Under the pieces are notes generated by a model. The model made no database searches. It was given only the letters and a program-made list of their open reading frames with translations, and had not been told where the DNA came from. Below, piece after piece: positions 16,021 to 26,800 of a DNA stretch of 30,617 nucleotides (the first letter of the stretch is position 1; every line of letters begins with the position of its first letter). The stretch is from NCBI GenBank assembly GCA_027073875.1, contig JALTEO010000066.1:1-30617 (forward strand). The letters run 5' to 3'. The stretch is from Bacteroidales bacterium. GTDB lineage: Bacteria > Bacteroidota > Bacteroidia > Bacteroidales > JALTDM01. Made by a program: the position numbers and the translations under genes.

Positions 16021-17817
16021 ATGGCAAATCAACAATTCGGGCATTCATTTCATATTCCGGTGATGGGAATCGGATATTCTATTGATACCGCAGTTAAAGT
16101 TGCTCCTTTTGGTATCTCTTCCGTTATTTCGTTAGTTGATGATTTATTGTTTGAGAAAATGCGGGAGTTTTATTGCCAACAGATGAATATTCCTTTTAAC
16201 CCAATTGCCAAGAAAGAAGAAGACTTTAGGGCAAAACGCATCACAGCATACCTTGACTTAATTAATGATGTTGTAACAGAGAAGTTTGAAAGTTTAAAAC
16301 ACGATTTCTCAACCCAGAAGAATAATATAAAAAAGTATTTTGACCTTTTACCCGAAAATTCCATACTCAAACAGAGTTATCTAAAGTTGGAATCTGCCGG
16401 ATTATCGTTACAAGAGATTTGGCAAAACCTGAAAGATAAATTGGTAATGGGAAATATTGATGTCAATATTATGACCAAACTGGATAAAGAGAATTTTAAA
16501 AACGGTCAGAAATTACCTGTTTATTATAATGATGCTCATTCGGCATTAAGGGGGTTTGCCAAAAGCAAACTCCGGTCGTCCATTGTCTTATCGGCAGGGA
16601 TGAACCGCCGGCTTTATACTTATTTTGAGGAACTTGATGATTTCTTTCCTGATGAGACAGGTGTGATGAAAAAGAAAATTACGCTGAAGGTTACTGATTT
16701 TCGTTCGGCAATGATACAGGGAAAGTTTTTTGCTCAGAAAGGGTTGTGGGTTTCCGAGTTTCGTGTGGAATCGGGATTGAATTGCGGTGGGCATACTTTT
16801 CCTTCCGATGGTATTTTGATGGGACCTATCTTGCAGGATTTTAAGGAAAGACGACAAGAACTCGTTGAGATGTTTTTTAAAGCATATCGCGAGGCACTTC
16901 TAAAAAAAGGAAAACCGGCACCGGAAGAACCATTTCCTATTCATATCACCGCACAAGGTGGCGTAGGCACTCACGAAGAACACGCATTTCTGATGGATTA
17001 TTACGGACTGGACTCTGTTGGTTGGGGAAGTCCTTTTTTGATGGTTCCTGAAGTTGTTAATATAGATAGAGGTACACTGGACTTATTAAAAAATGCCAAA
17101 GAAGAAGATTATTATTTAAGTGATATTTCACCTTTGGGTGTAAAATTCAACTCCATAAAAGGCAATACTAAAGACTTGGAAAGGCAAGAATGGATTAATA
17201 AAGGAACTCCCGGCAGTCCGTGTCCAAAACAGTATTTGGTGTCTAATACCGAATTTTCCGAGGAGCCCATTTGTGTTGCTTCCAGACAATATCAAAAACG
17301 GAAGATTAAAGAGTTGAATACAAAGAATTTATCTAAAGAAGCATATCAAAAACAATTTGAAAAAATTACAGAGAAATCTTGTATTTGTGTTGGTTTGGGA
17401 ACAGCAGCATTGATGGTCAACAAATTGGATTATTCTACCGAAGGTCCGGGTGTTTCTATTTGTCCGGGTCCTAATTTGGCATACTATTCCAAGGAACTAT
17501 CACTTCAACAGATGGTTGACCACATTTATGGAAGGAAATGTGTAGAAATTAAACCCAACAGACCTAATTTTTTCCTGAAAGAATTATCTGTCAATTTCAA
17601 CCATTTGAAAGAAAAAATTGAGAAGTTCAAAGAAAGTAAAAATGCTGCTGACGAAAAATCGCTTAAAAATTTCTATCAAAATTTACATAAGAATTTGGAC
17701 TATTATAAAACCTTATTTGAAACAGTTTTTCCTTCCTATTTCGGTGAAAATATCTCTTTGGCTAAGGATTTAGAAAAATATTATCAAGAATTGAATGTCA
17801 TAGGAGAAGTAATTTAA
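16021..17817 (+). CDS. Conserved hypothetical protein; probable FMN TIM-barrel (nitronate monooxygenase/FabK-like) with a C-terminal Cys cluster
   Basis: Long ORF with its own promoter. Motifs HIPVMG, ESGLNCGGH, ITAQGGVG and DSVGWGSPFL parallel NMO/FabK motifs. Cys at 401, 418, 454, 456 and 481. Confidence 0.6.
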   Translation: MANQQFGHSFHIPVMGIGYSIDTAVKVAPFGISSVISLVDDLLFEKMREFYCQQMNIPFNPIAKKEEDFRAKRITAYLDLINDVVTEKFESLKHDFSTQKNNIKKYFDLLPENSILKQSYLKLESAGLSLQEIWQNLKDKLVMGNIDVNIMTKLDKENFKNGQKLPVYYNDAHSALRGFAKSKLRSSIVLSAGMNRRLYTYFEELDDFFPDETGVMKKKITLKVTDFRSAMIQGKFFAQKGLWVSEFRVESGLNCGGHTFPSDGILMGPILQDFKERRQELVEMFFKAYREALLKKGKPAPEEPFPIHITAQGGVGTHEEHAFLMDYYGLDSVGWGSPFLMVPEVVNIDRGTLDLLKNAKEEDYYLSDISPLGVKFNSIKGNTKDLERQEWINKGTPGSPCPKQYLVSNTEFSEEPICVASRQYQKRKIKELNTKNLSKEAYQKQFEKITEKSCICVGLGTAALMVNKLDYSTEGPGVSICPGPNLAYYSKELSLQQMVDHIYGRKCVEIKPNRPNFFLKELSVNFNHLKEKIEKFKESKNAADEKSLKNFYQNLHKNLDYYKTLFETVFPSYFGENISLAKDLEKYYQELNVIGEVI

Positions 17818-17836
17818 GCCAAAAAAATCACAGAAT

Positions 17837-17852
17837 GAGACCTTTGCAAAAC
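17837..17852 (+). repeat. IS/MITE-end-like motif GAGACCTTTGCAAAAC
   Basis: Inverted counterpart of 14347-14362. Confidence 0.55.
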
Positions 17853-17880
17853 CTAAAAGAAACTGTCATTCTATGTTTGC

Positions 17881-17982
17881 CGTCATTCCGAACTTGCCTG
17901 TCCTCGAAATACTTTTCGGGGGTTCGGAATCTGATTGTTTAATCGTTCGGTAATAAGATGCTGAAACAAGTTCAGCATGACG
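17881..17982. repeat. REPIN-like inverted doublet of CGTC-tagged arms, with a nested 25-nt hairpin insert (17896-17920)
   Basis: CGTCATTCCGAACTT[insert]GGTTCGGAATCT, 23-nt spacer, AGATGCTGAAACAAGTTCAGCATGACG. Homologous to 2279-2381. Confidence 0.88.
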
Positions 17983-18004
17983 CTCTTTTTTCCGCTTTGC
18001 ATCC

Positions 18005-18056
18005 CTTTATTCATCGCACATTCATACAGTTCATAAGGTTCTTGTATGAATAAAGC
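18005..18056. repeat. Inverted repeat CTTTATTCAT...ATGAATAAAG containing post-stop motif copy 3
   Basis: Perfect 10-bp inverted repeat (18005-18014 / 18046-18055). Ends 3 nt after the kinase TAA on the minus strand. Confidence 0.75.
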
Positions 18057-18059
18057 GGG

Positions 18060-19115
18060 TTAAGAACTACTCTTTTTTAAAGTAAAGCCGAAAGTAGTTC
18101 CTACGCCGACGGTACTGCGTACATGAACAGATTGATTGTGTGCTTCTACAATGTGCTTAACGATAGACAGACCAAGTCCTGTACCGCCTGAAATTCGCGA
18201 ACGGTCTTTATCCACTCTGTAAAATCGTTCAAAAAGGTGTGGTAAATGTTCTTTTGGAATACCTATTCCGTTATCAGAGACTTCCACTAGCAGATTTTTT
18301 TCCATATCGTAACAACCTACCTGCGTTTCGCCTCCTTCTTTGCCGTAACGAATAGAATTGGAAATTAGATTAAAAAGGACTTCCTTGATTTTTTCCTTAT
18401 CGGCTTCTACCATAAATCCCGTGGAACAGCTTTTTTTAAATTTCAATGAAATATTTTTATCTTTTGCCTGATAAGAAAGTGCATCAAAAACTTCACTAAC
18501 AACATCATTTACACGAAACGATGAATGGATTAGTTGAATTTTCCCTGTCTCTAAAGAAGTAATGGTTTCCAAATCTTTGATGATGGAATTCATCCGCGAA
18601 ACATTTTTAGATGCTTTTTGCAAATAGCTTATATTAATTTCCGGATCATCTAGTCCGCCATCAATCAGCGTTTCTATATACCCTTGAATATTAAAAATCG
18701 GCGTTTTTAGTTCGTGCGACACATTGGCTAAAAATTCTTTACGGAAATTTTCCATTTGTTTTAATTTATCGATTTCCTGCTTTTTTGTTTCTGCCCATTT
18801 TTCCACTTCTTCTGCCTGTGTTTCAAAAACATCACTCGACATCTTGATTCTCAATGTTTTTGGTTCATCTTTGGTAACCTTAAAATCGTAAATAGATTTG
18901 TAAATAACTTTTATCTTTCGATATATAAACCGTTGCAGCATAAAGAAAAAGATGATAAACGAAAAAATACCGACTAATAAGAAAACGAAAAACCCATTCA
19001 GAAAATCCACTTTTGACAAAACAACCCATCCATAAGCCAATACGCCCAAAAACGCCAAAGAAGCCAATAGAAATGAGCTAACTAAAACAACTTGTAACGG
19101 GGTAGGATTTTTCAT
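18060..19115 (-). CDS. Sensor histidine kinase, PhoR-like
   Basis: Two N-terminal TM helices, H-box FLANVSHELKTP, N-box NLISNSIRY, DNGIGI, FERFYRVDK, GTGLGLSIVKH. Confidence 0.93.
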   Translation of the reverse strand: MKNPTPLQVVLVSSFLLASLAFLGVLAYGWVVLSKVDFLNGFFVFLLVGIFSFIIFFFMLQRFIYRKIKVIYKSIYDFKVTKDEPKTLRIKMSSDVFETQAEEVEKWAETKKQEIDKLKQMENFRKEFLANVSHELKTPIFNIQGYIETLIDGGLDDPEINISYLQKASKNVSRMNSIIKDLETITSLETGKIQLIHSSFRVNDVVSEVFDALSYQAKDKNISLKFKKSCSTGFMVEADKEKIKEVLFNLISNSIRYGKEGGETQVGCYDMEKNLLVEVSDNGIGIPKEHLPHLFERFYRVDKDRSRISGGTGLGLSIVKHIVEAHNQSVHVRSTVGVGTTFGFTLKKSSS

Positions 19116-19258
19116 CTGTTTATTTTTAGTTTAAAAGTTTGTAAAGTTAAAAGTTCATAATTTATATGTTCAATTATTCAATTACCACATTATCCATTTG
19201 TGGCAAAGGGATCCTCCCGAAGGAATCCCGTTGGGGCTTTAGGATAATTCCTAATTGA
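19116..19258 (+). repeat. Intergenic direct repeat, copy 1, with a 22-nt nested insert (19215-19236)
   Basis: 19116-19214 matches 19420-19518 (95/99). After the insert, 19237-19258 matches 19519-19540. Confidence 0.9.
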
Positions 19259-19328
19259 AACAATCATTCCTTTGTATGTTTTAAAATTAATCATGTCAAT
19301 TTCATTTGTTTATTTTTAGTTTATAAAA

Positions 19329-19395
19329 TGTCACTCCTACGGAGCTATTTCCCGTGTTTGTTTTTTTCTACAAACATAACGCACCTATCGGTGCT
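19329..19395. repeat. Two tandem GTAG-type REP hairpins
   Basis: TGTCACTCCTACGGAGCT (19329-19346) and CTACAAACATAACGCACCTATCGGTGCT (19368-19395). CTAC is GTAG on the minus strand. Confidence 0.65.
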
Positions 19396-19419
19396 TAACA
19401 ATTTTCAATTCATATTTAC

Positions 19420-19540
19420 CTGTTTATTTTTAGTTTAAAGGTTTGTAAAGTTAAAAGTTCATAATTTATATGTTCAATTATTCAATTACCACATTATCCA
19501 TTCGTGCCAAAGGCATCCCTTCGGGATAATTCGTAATTGA
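19420..19540 (+). repeat. Intergenic direct repeat, copy 2
   Basis: Counterpart of 19116-19258. Followed by short ATAATTCGTAATT tandem units. Confidence 0.9.
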
Positions 19541-19635
19541 TAATTCGTAATTAATAATGTGTGTTTTAAGTCAATCATAAATATTTCGTTTGTCAGAAAA
19601 ACAAAAATAATAAAAACCGGTTAATATTCAGAAGC

Positions 19636-20331
19636 TTATTGCTGATTAAAAAACCGGTACCCAATGCCTTTTACGGTTTTAATTACATTATTGCCCAATT
19701 TCTGACGAATTTTACGAACATGGACATCAATTGTACGGTCGCCCACAATAGTGGTATCGCCCCATATTTCCGAATAGATTTCTTCGCGATGAAAAACCTT
19801 ATTGGGATTAGATGCCAACAAACTTAGTAATTCAAATTCTTTTTTGGGCAAAAATATCTCGGTTTCATCTTTTATCACAATATATCGTTCATGGTCAATA
19901 ATGATATTTCCGGTTTTTTGAGGTTCCTTCTTTTCTTTTTGGCGAATTTCAATATTTGATTTTTTCCTTCTTAACAACGACTTTATTTTTGATACTAAGA
20001 TTTTAGGTTTTATTGGTTTGGTAATATAATCGTCGCCACCGGCTTCGTAAGCTGCAATTTGGGAAAAATCTTCTCCCCTTGCCGATAAGAAAGCAATGAT
20101 AATATGTTGGTTATTTGTGTCTTTTCGTATTTCTTCACATGCTTCTATGCCATCCATTTCAGGCATCATAACATCCATCAAAATCAGGTCAGGACTAAAT
20201 TCTTTAGTTTTTTCAATGGCTTGGACTCCATTATGAGCTGTTGCTACCTCATAGTTTTCTTTTGAAAGATTATAGGATAAAAAATCTAAAATGTCAGGGT
20301 CATCATCAACCAATAAGATTCTGTGTTTCAT
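19636..20331 (-). CDS. OmpR/PhoB-family response regulator
   Basis: ILLVDDD, LMDVMMP (phospho-Asp), DDYITKP, KEFELL, RTIDVHVRKIR, TVKGIGY. The ATG at 20331, 1 nt after the upstream stop, is preferred over 20364. Confidence 0.94.
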   Translation of the reverse strand: MKHRILLVDDDPDILDFLSYNLSKENYEVATAHNGVQAIEKTKEFSPDLILMDVMMPEMDGIEACEEIRKDTNNQHIIIAFLSARGEDFSQIAAYEAGGDDYITKPIKPKILVSKIKSLLRRKKSNIEIRQKEKKEPQKTGNIIIDHERYIVIKDETEIFLPKKEFELLSLLASNPNKVFHREEIYSEIWGDTTIVGDRTIDVHVRKIRQKLGNNVIKTVKGIGYRFFNQQ

Positions 20332-20332
20332 C

Positions 20333-20749
20333 TTAATTCTTTTTCTTTTTCCCGAAAAAGCCAAACCGTTTTTTAGGGTTCATTAATTCCTGTTCCTTTT
20401 TTGCCATTTCTTCATCGGGATTTAATATATGCCATATCTCTCCCCATTCTGGAAGTCCGCCAATGTTCTTATCATCAATATACACATCGGCATCTATTTT
20501 ACGGCTTGTGGTTTCTTCTTCGTAAACTTCTTCGGGATAGTTTCGGTTAACAGCATAAAATTCTACACCATTTTTACGGCAAAATTCTATAGCATCGTTT
20601 AGTTCCTTTCCTGTCCGGTAGGTCCACAGAATCAATTGATGTTTTTTTTGTAACATTCGTAGTGTCTCAAATGCAAACAAACGGGTTTTGCCAATTTCGG
20701 GATAAGCATGCTCTACAATAGTTCCGTCAAAGTCAACTGCTATTCTCAT
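20333..20749 (-). CDS. HAD-superfamily phosphatase (BT0820-like)
   Basis: IAVDFDGTIV (DxD motif I), LILWTYR, RKIDADVYIDDK. Confidence 0.87.
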   Translation of the reverse strand: MRIAVDFDGTIVEHAYPEIGKTRLFAFETLRMLQKKHQLILWTYRTGKELNDAIEFCRKNGVEFYAVNRNYPEEVYEEETTSRKIDADVYIDDKNIGGLPEWGEIWHILNPDEEMAKKEQELMNPKKRFGFFGKKKKN

Positions 20750-20775
20750 ATTGTTTACACTTGGGTTTCAGGATA

Positions 20776-20783
20776 CAAAAATA
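20776..20783 (-). promoter_or_regulatory. -7 promoter element for the HAD phosphatase/response regulator
   Basis: TATTTTTG on the minus strand, 26 nt upstream of the ATG. Confidence 0.55.
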
Positions 20784-20833
20784 TGGTAAAGAAATTAATT
20801 CTGACGATGTTTCGCCCAATTTATTTTGCCAAA

Positions 20834-23800
20834 CTATTGTGCTAAGCTAAACCGGACACTTACGCCAAAATCAGTATTGGATGTTTTAAAAGTAATTGAA
20901 GTTCTTGGATTATTTATTATTTTATCAAAGAAGATGCGAATATTAAATCGTGGTCCCAGTACATAATCAGCATAAGTCTTTAGGGTAAAAATGTTTTGTC
21001 CTGAAATTACTTGTGTGTTATTTTCTTCAATACGGTGTATCAGGTTCATTTGGTCACGAATACTTAAATCAATACGGATATTCAGGTCGCTTTTAAAACT
21101 TTTGGAAGTTCCACCTGATCCGATATTTATTTCCAAATCTTTGATGCGATAACCAGACCCTATAGTCCATTCATTTGTCCGCATTTCATTAATTTGTGCA
21201 TTGGTAACATTCATCGAAATACTCCGTGTTTTCTTTACTTCAATGCGGGTAATCAAACTGTTATTCCATGTAACATCAAAGTTAATTAACGGATTTAATT
21301 GCTCGTTGATTGATACTGTTGGGATTTCTTCTTTCGGATAAAAATTATTGACCAAATCGCGTACATAGCTAAGTCCGTCTTGCTCGTTGGGTTGGTAGTT
21401 CAAATTTTGCGAGTATGAATTAATAGAATAGGTAGAAGTGTAAGCGTGACTGATAGTTGCTGTTCGTACAAAATGTTTGACAAATTTAATTTTTGTCAGC
21501 CCGTTGTAATTTACTCGCCAATTAGGTCGCATATTCAAATAGCTTGGGAAAGTGCTTAGTGTAATATGATCGGGCGACCGTCCGCTGTAAGCAGCCATAA
21601 ACGCAGGAATCAACACTTCTTGCGAATACGGACCATAGCCGTCGGGGAAATTCGTTACGGGGTCATAGTTCTCAGAATTGTAACCTGTTTCTGAGTTAGC
21701 GGCTCGCTGTCGTGCCAGTCGTTTAGCAATAGTAATTCTATAATTGCGGAATTGTTCAAATACATCGGAGATATATACACCATTAACATTTTTAATGGGC
21801 TGAAATGCAGTGTTCCATGTATTATACGACATAGAGAAATTTCCGGAAGTCATCTTGTTTTGTGGTTGATATTCACCATCTTCATACGAAATATTTTCAT
21901 GGTTATTTTCTGATTTCCCCCAGTTTGCCATAAAATCTATTCGCAATCCTTTTACCGGCTCCATGGAGCTTCGCACATTAATTCTTTTATTTGAAGTAAT
22001 GGCTAAAGTTTGATAAAACAGCGTATCCTTTTTTAACCATTCGTTTTCCATGGCCGTATGAATAAAATTACTGTCCTGAACACCGGCAATAAACGGGATA
22101 CCCGGAGCATATATCCCATTAACTTTTTGTGTACCCATAATGTTTACGCCGGGCATATATCCGGGCAACATAGTTCCACTATTATCAGTGTAAGACACCT
22201 GAATATTTTTAACACTCATCATTAATAATGCCGTCCGTTCCAAAATTTGCTGCCACAATTCATCTTTTTTCTCCCGCATACCTGTTACTTGAATCTTAGC
22301 TCCTTTAATTGTCGTGTCCGGTGTGAAAGTAATTCTATTTTCACTAATAACTTTCATGATGCCTTTTACGGGTTTTCCGGCAGAATCGGTTACTAAAATA
22401 TCTACATCAATGGTTTTTAACTTGTGCAGGATAGATTTTGGGATACCCTTTTTTAAGTTAACATAAACAGGGTCGGCATTTTGTTTGGGATAATAAACTT
22501 TTTCTTTGGGTGGTTTTTTCTTTTTCCGGTTTTTTCGGTATTTCTGTTGAATTCGTTTTAGCACAGGGAAATTATTGTAAAAATTCAACATATTTGCTTG
22601 CGTGTTTATTTGCAGCGATTGTCCGTTACTAATTTTATTTCCCGGTTTCAATGAGTCAGCTAATTGTGGAGAAGCTTCCCATGTGTATCTGCCACCATAG
22701 CGGGTTGAAACACTTAGCCAATTAAATCCCGGCAATTTATTGATAGGTAGATTATAGCTTAAATTAAAATGATGCTGATAGTTGGTGGGTCGCCCGAAAT
22801 TTTGCAGGTGACTGAGAATGGTATCTCGTTTTTGAGCATAATCATCATCATCTTTGTTTATTCTCCCCGGCATTTCGTCAATGCGGGAATTATCATTAGC
22901 ACCAAAATCAAAAGTAATAGATTTGGTAAGCTTGTATTTCAGGTTATAGTTTCTGTTCCAAAAAAAGTTTTTGTTTACTGTGGTAGGAACAATAATATCG
23001 TATTCCGAAAGGTTACGAAGCTTCACTTCATTATAGTCGCGATTCAAATCTGTCATAAACGACAAATTCTGTGGCATCAGATAAAAGTTAAAATCGCGAA
23101 TAAACCGGAAATATTTTTTCCGTAGCAGTTTTGATTTTTTGAACGGGGCAAAATTTTTAGGATTAGCATTGAAGTTATAGTTTAATGCACCGCGGTAATT
23201 TTTCAAAAGATTATATTCTGTATTGATATTTCGTGTAAATGTCTCTGTATAAGCATAGGTAGTTGACCAGTTGGAAATACTGTAAATCTTTGGTTTTCCT
23301 TTAGCTTTGGCTATCTGAACATTTGTAAAATTCAAACTTTTTCGTTTGGTATAATCTTGTGCCCGCTGTTTAATTTTTTCCTTTTCCTTATCGGATAAAA
23401 GTGGATTATTCAGTGCCACTTTCAAAGGAATATCCGGATCTAACGGATTGTATTGCGGGTTACTAATGCGTTCGGAATAACCAAGATACATGGGAATCCG
23501 AACACCGGCCTTTTGTGGAAAGAATTTTCCCATCGATAAATTAGACGAGACATCATATTGATATACATCTTCCTTACTTCGTTCACTAACCTTTTTCTCA
23601 ATGCTGCCGAATCCGGGTTTACTGGTCATTCCTGAGAGGGTTACTGTTCCAAAATCGGCTAATTTTGCTGTAATTCGAGCATTTGCCGCCCAGCCGCCTT
23701 TTTCATTAAAGTCTGTGAGCCGCAATTCGTTGACCCACACCTCTACACATTTTCCTTTGCCATCGTCAGGTAATGGATTTAAGTCTTTCCGGCGATTCCG

Positions 23801-26800
23801 AATACCAATCATAATGGTTTTTACATTACTCATATTCGGATTTCCCATTATCGTAATGGTATTGTTGCCATCCATTACACGATACGGCGTTGTTAAACTA
23901 ACATTGCTACCACTGGTGTGCATAGCATCGTTCCGCTTTTGTTTTGCCGCTTGCAGTACTGCAAATTCCAAGTTTAATTCATTTTCTTCGGGCCAAACAA
24001 TATACTGGTCGTTTTCATCATCGTTATTATAGTTTCCTGCAGGTGTTACTTTCAGAGGAATTTCGTATTCGTAATAATTGTCCTGATAATCGGAACCCAT
24101 ACGGATAAAAACAGAAATATCATTGTCATTTATCGGTTCTGCTCCCGGAATACTTTCAGCATGGATAAACATTTTTATGCGTTTATATTGGCGGACATCC
24201 ATAAACACATTTTTATAAACGGCACGGGCATCACCATCAGCAAGTTCGCAGGTTCTTAGCATTAATGCTTGTTCGTTGAGTTGCCGTAGTTGTGGTTGCA
24301 TAGGGTCAATAACTCGTGAAATACCCGGAGGCAGAACATAATTAACCGGTTGTTTGTTGCTGTTTTCCTCAATGTTTACGGCAGACACATCAAATGCTGC
24401 ATTGGCAGGTTCATCCGGTTGGAATAGCCCGCCTTCCATCAGCGAGGCATCATATTTACGCCAGTCGTTTCGTACCAATTCCAGTGTCCCGAAACGCAAA
24501 ATAACCGAGTCGGAGAAGTTTTTTAGAAACATTCGAATAAAACGAATGGACTTAAAGTCTTTTATGGCACCTACGACTTTTTCGGGCTCCGAAATCGGGA
24601 TGCGGAAATGATACCAATTTACCGGATCACCGGTTTTATTTTTCCCAACAACTACATCGGTAATATAATTTTCGCCTACATGCATTTCCGACGGACGAAT
24701 CTGAACACGATATTGAAAATAATTTTCGGCTTCGCTCAAGGTATTGTCATTGTTAATATCCTCATCATCAGGAATTGAAGTACCTTGTGTAGGATAATTT
24801 TCAGTAGATTGCTCATCAGTAGGAGAGTTGCCGTCAGGTCCGTTGAATTTTTTATAGCGTTCCAAAATTCCAACTTTTGCATTATCGTAATCAGTACCAC
24901 GGAAATAATGAAAATCATCACTTGATGGGTCAGAAACAGTTTTTTGATAGGCAGCAGAATTTTCACCAAAAATATTTTTTACGGAATCAATATAATCAAA
25001 TCCGTAAATATTATCGGGGCCAAAAAATGATTGTTCGTCGGCATCCGACAAACCATCAAATCCAACATCTTGGTACTGGCGAGAGTTGGGGTCATTATCA
25101 AATCCATTTGTTACTGCTTGAACCAATGGTACCCGTCCCCAGACAGTTGTATCAACATTAATAACATTATCGGAAGTAGGTAAACCCTGCTCAAAAGTTT
25201 TTCGTGAGTCTTTCAAAATATCTTCAGAGATATCACCCAAGTTAAAATATAAATCACCTCCCGATTGAGTAGAGTCGTAAACAAATGGATCCATCAGCCA
25301 AAAATCAATAAATTCAATATTGGCAGCTTCAAAATCGTTAGTTTGCAATGGTCGCATAATACCTGCCCAACGCGATTGCGGATTATTTAACAAGCCATTG
25401 GAGTTCATACCGGCAGAGTAAGAAGAAGGAGTAATATCATAATTGTAGGGACCTTTCTCCTTTGGATAATAAGCTAAATTCAAAACTGCCAGTGTAGTAG
25501 GAAAATTAGAAGGACTTTGGCGGTTGGGGAAAAGCTCTTTTTCGTAAACTTCGCGGACAAAATGATTATTTTGTTCATCACTGTTTTTTAAATAATCCGG
25601 CGTTTCCGACTGGTTACGAACAAATAACGGGTCAATATTATACCATGCCAATTTTGCACGGTTAATGCCATAAACTATCCCCGAGGTATCTGCTTCAGGA
25701 AATAGATCCGGTTGATGTTGTGGTGTACTTGCCAGTACCCACGAATGAAAACTCTTAATATCAATAGATGTTTTACTTCCCTCAAAATCATCAATATAGG
25801 ATGTTCCCGTTTTGTCAATGGCTTTAGAATGACCGGGAATCAAATGAGCAAATTCACCGCTAATCGTAATATTTGACATAGCTTTGGTTTCCAGAAACGG
25901 TAATTTGTCAATCATTTTAGTCAAAAAACGCGAGTCGGTACGGTAAGTTCCATCCACACCCCAAATGGTGTTGGAAATAGGTTCATCACCAATATTTACT
26001 TTTTGTGTCAATGGGCGTTCCGTTAAATTCAGGATGGTAGCACCCAAATTGAAATCATTGGAAATATGATAATCTAAATGAGTTCCCATCAGTGTTTTGC
26101 TCTGGATACTAAACATCGTATTACTTTCCAGTGAAATTTTAATTGGCGTACCTGACTCCAATAAACCTTGATTAATGATTTTTACTCTACCGAGTGTGTA
26201 ATCAACGGTATAGTCTTGATTTTCAGTTAATTTTCTACCTCCTGCTGTAATCGTAACCGAACCCTGCGGAATATTAATGGCATTCAATGCAATGTCAGAC
26301 CCCGAAGATGATTGATAAGTTCCCGCAAGGAAAAACTTATTTTTTTCTGCGACCTGTTGGGCGGTATTTTGGGTAGAATCATATAACTCCTGATAGACAT
26401 ATTTGTTGGCTATGGTAGAGTCACCGGGATTATTCCCTATAATGGCTTTTTTCATATAACTGCCAAAGGGTTCCAGTACAGGAAAAATGATTTTTCCATT
26501 GGAAGAATTAACGGTAACGCCTTCAATAAAGTCAAAAACGCCATCGGGAAATGTGTCTAATTGTTGGTTAACATTATCGAGATTTAATACTTGAAGTAAT
26601 GCATCACCACTGATGGCTCCTTCTGACAAATAATTAACTGCTGTTCCTTTTTTATCATCCTGATAAAGCACATTAAGCTTAAAGTTAGAAGGATTAATTT
26701 GATAAGCACCAATGGCATAAATATTTTTCATCATTAAATCCCAGTTAGGCATTTGCGGTGTAAATGATGTTCCTTTTATAAGTTTCACAATCAGGGTCTT

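Noticed and set aside
19193-19294. 34-aa minus-strand ORF MINFKTYKG... between RR and HK
   Set aside because: It runs through the nested hairpin insert and repeat sequence, has no recognisable motif, and the second repeat copy has no counterpart.
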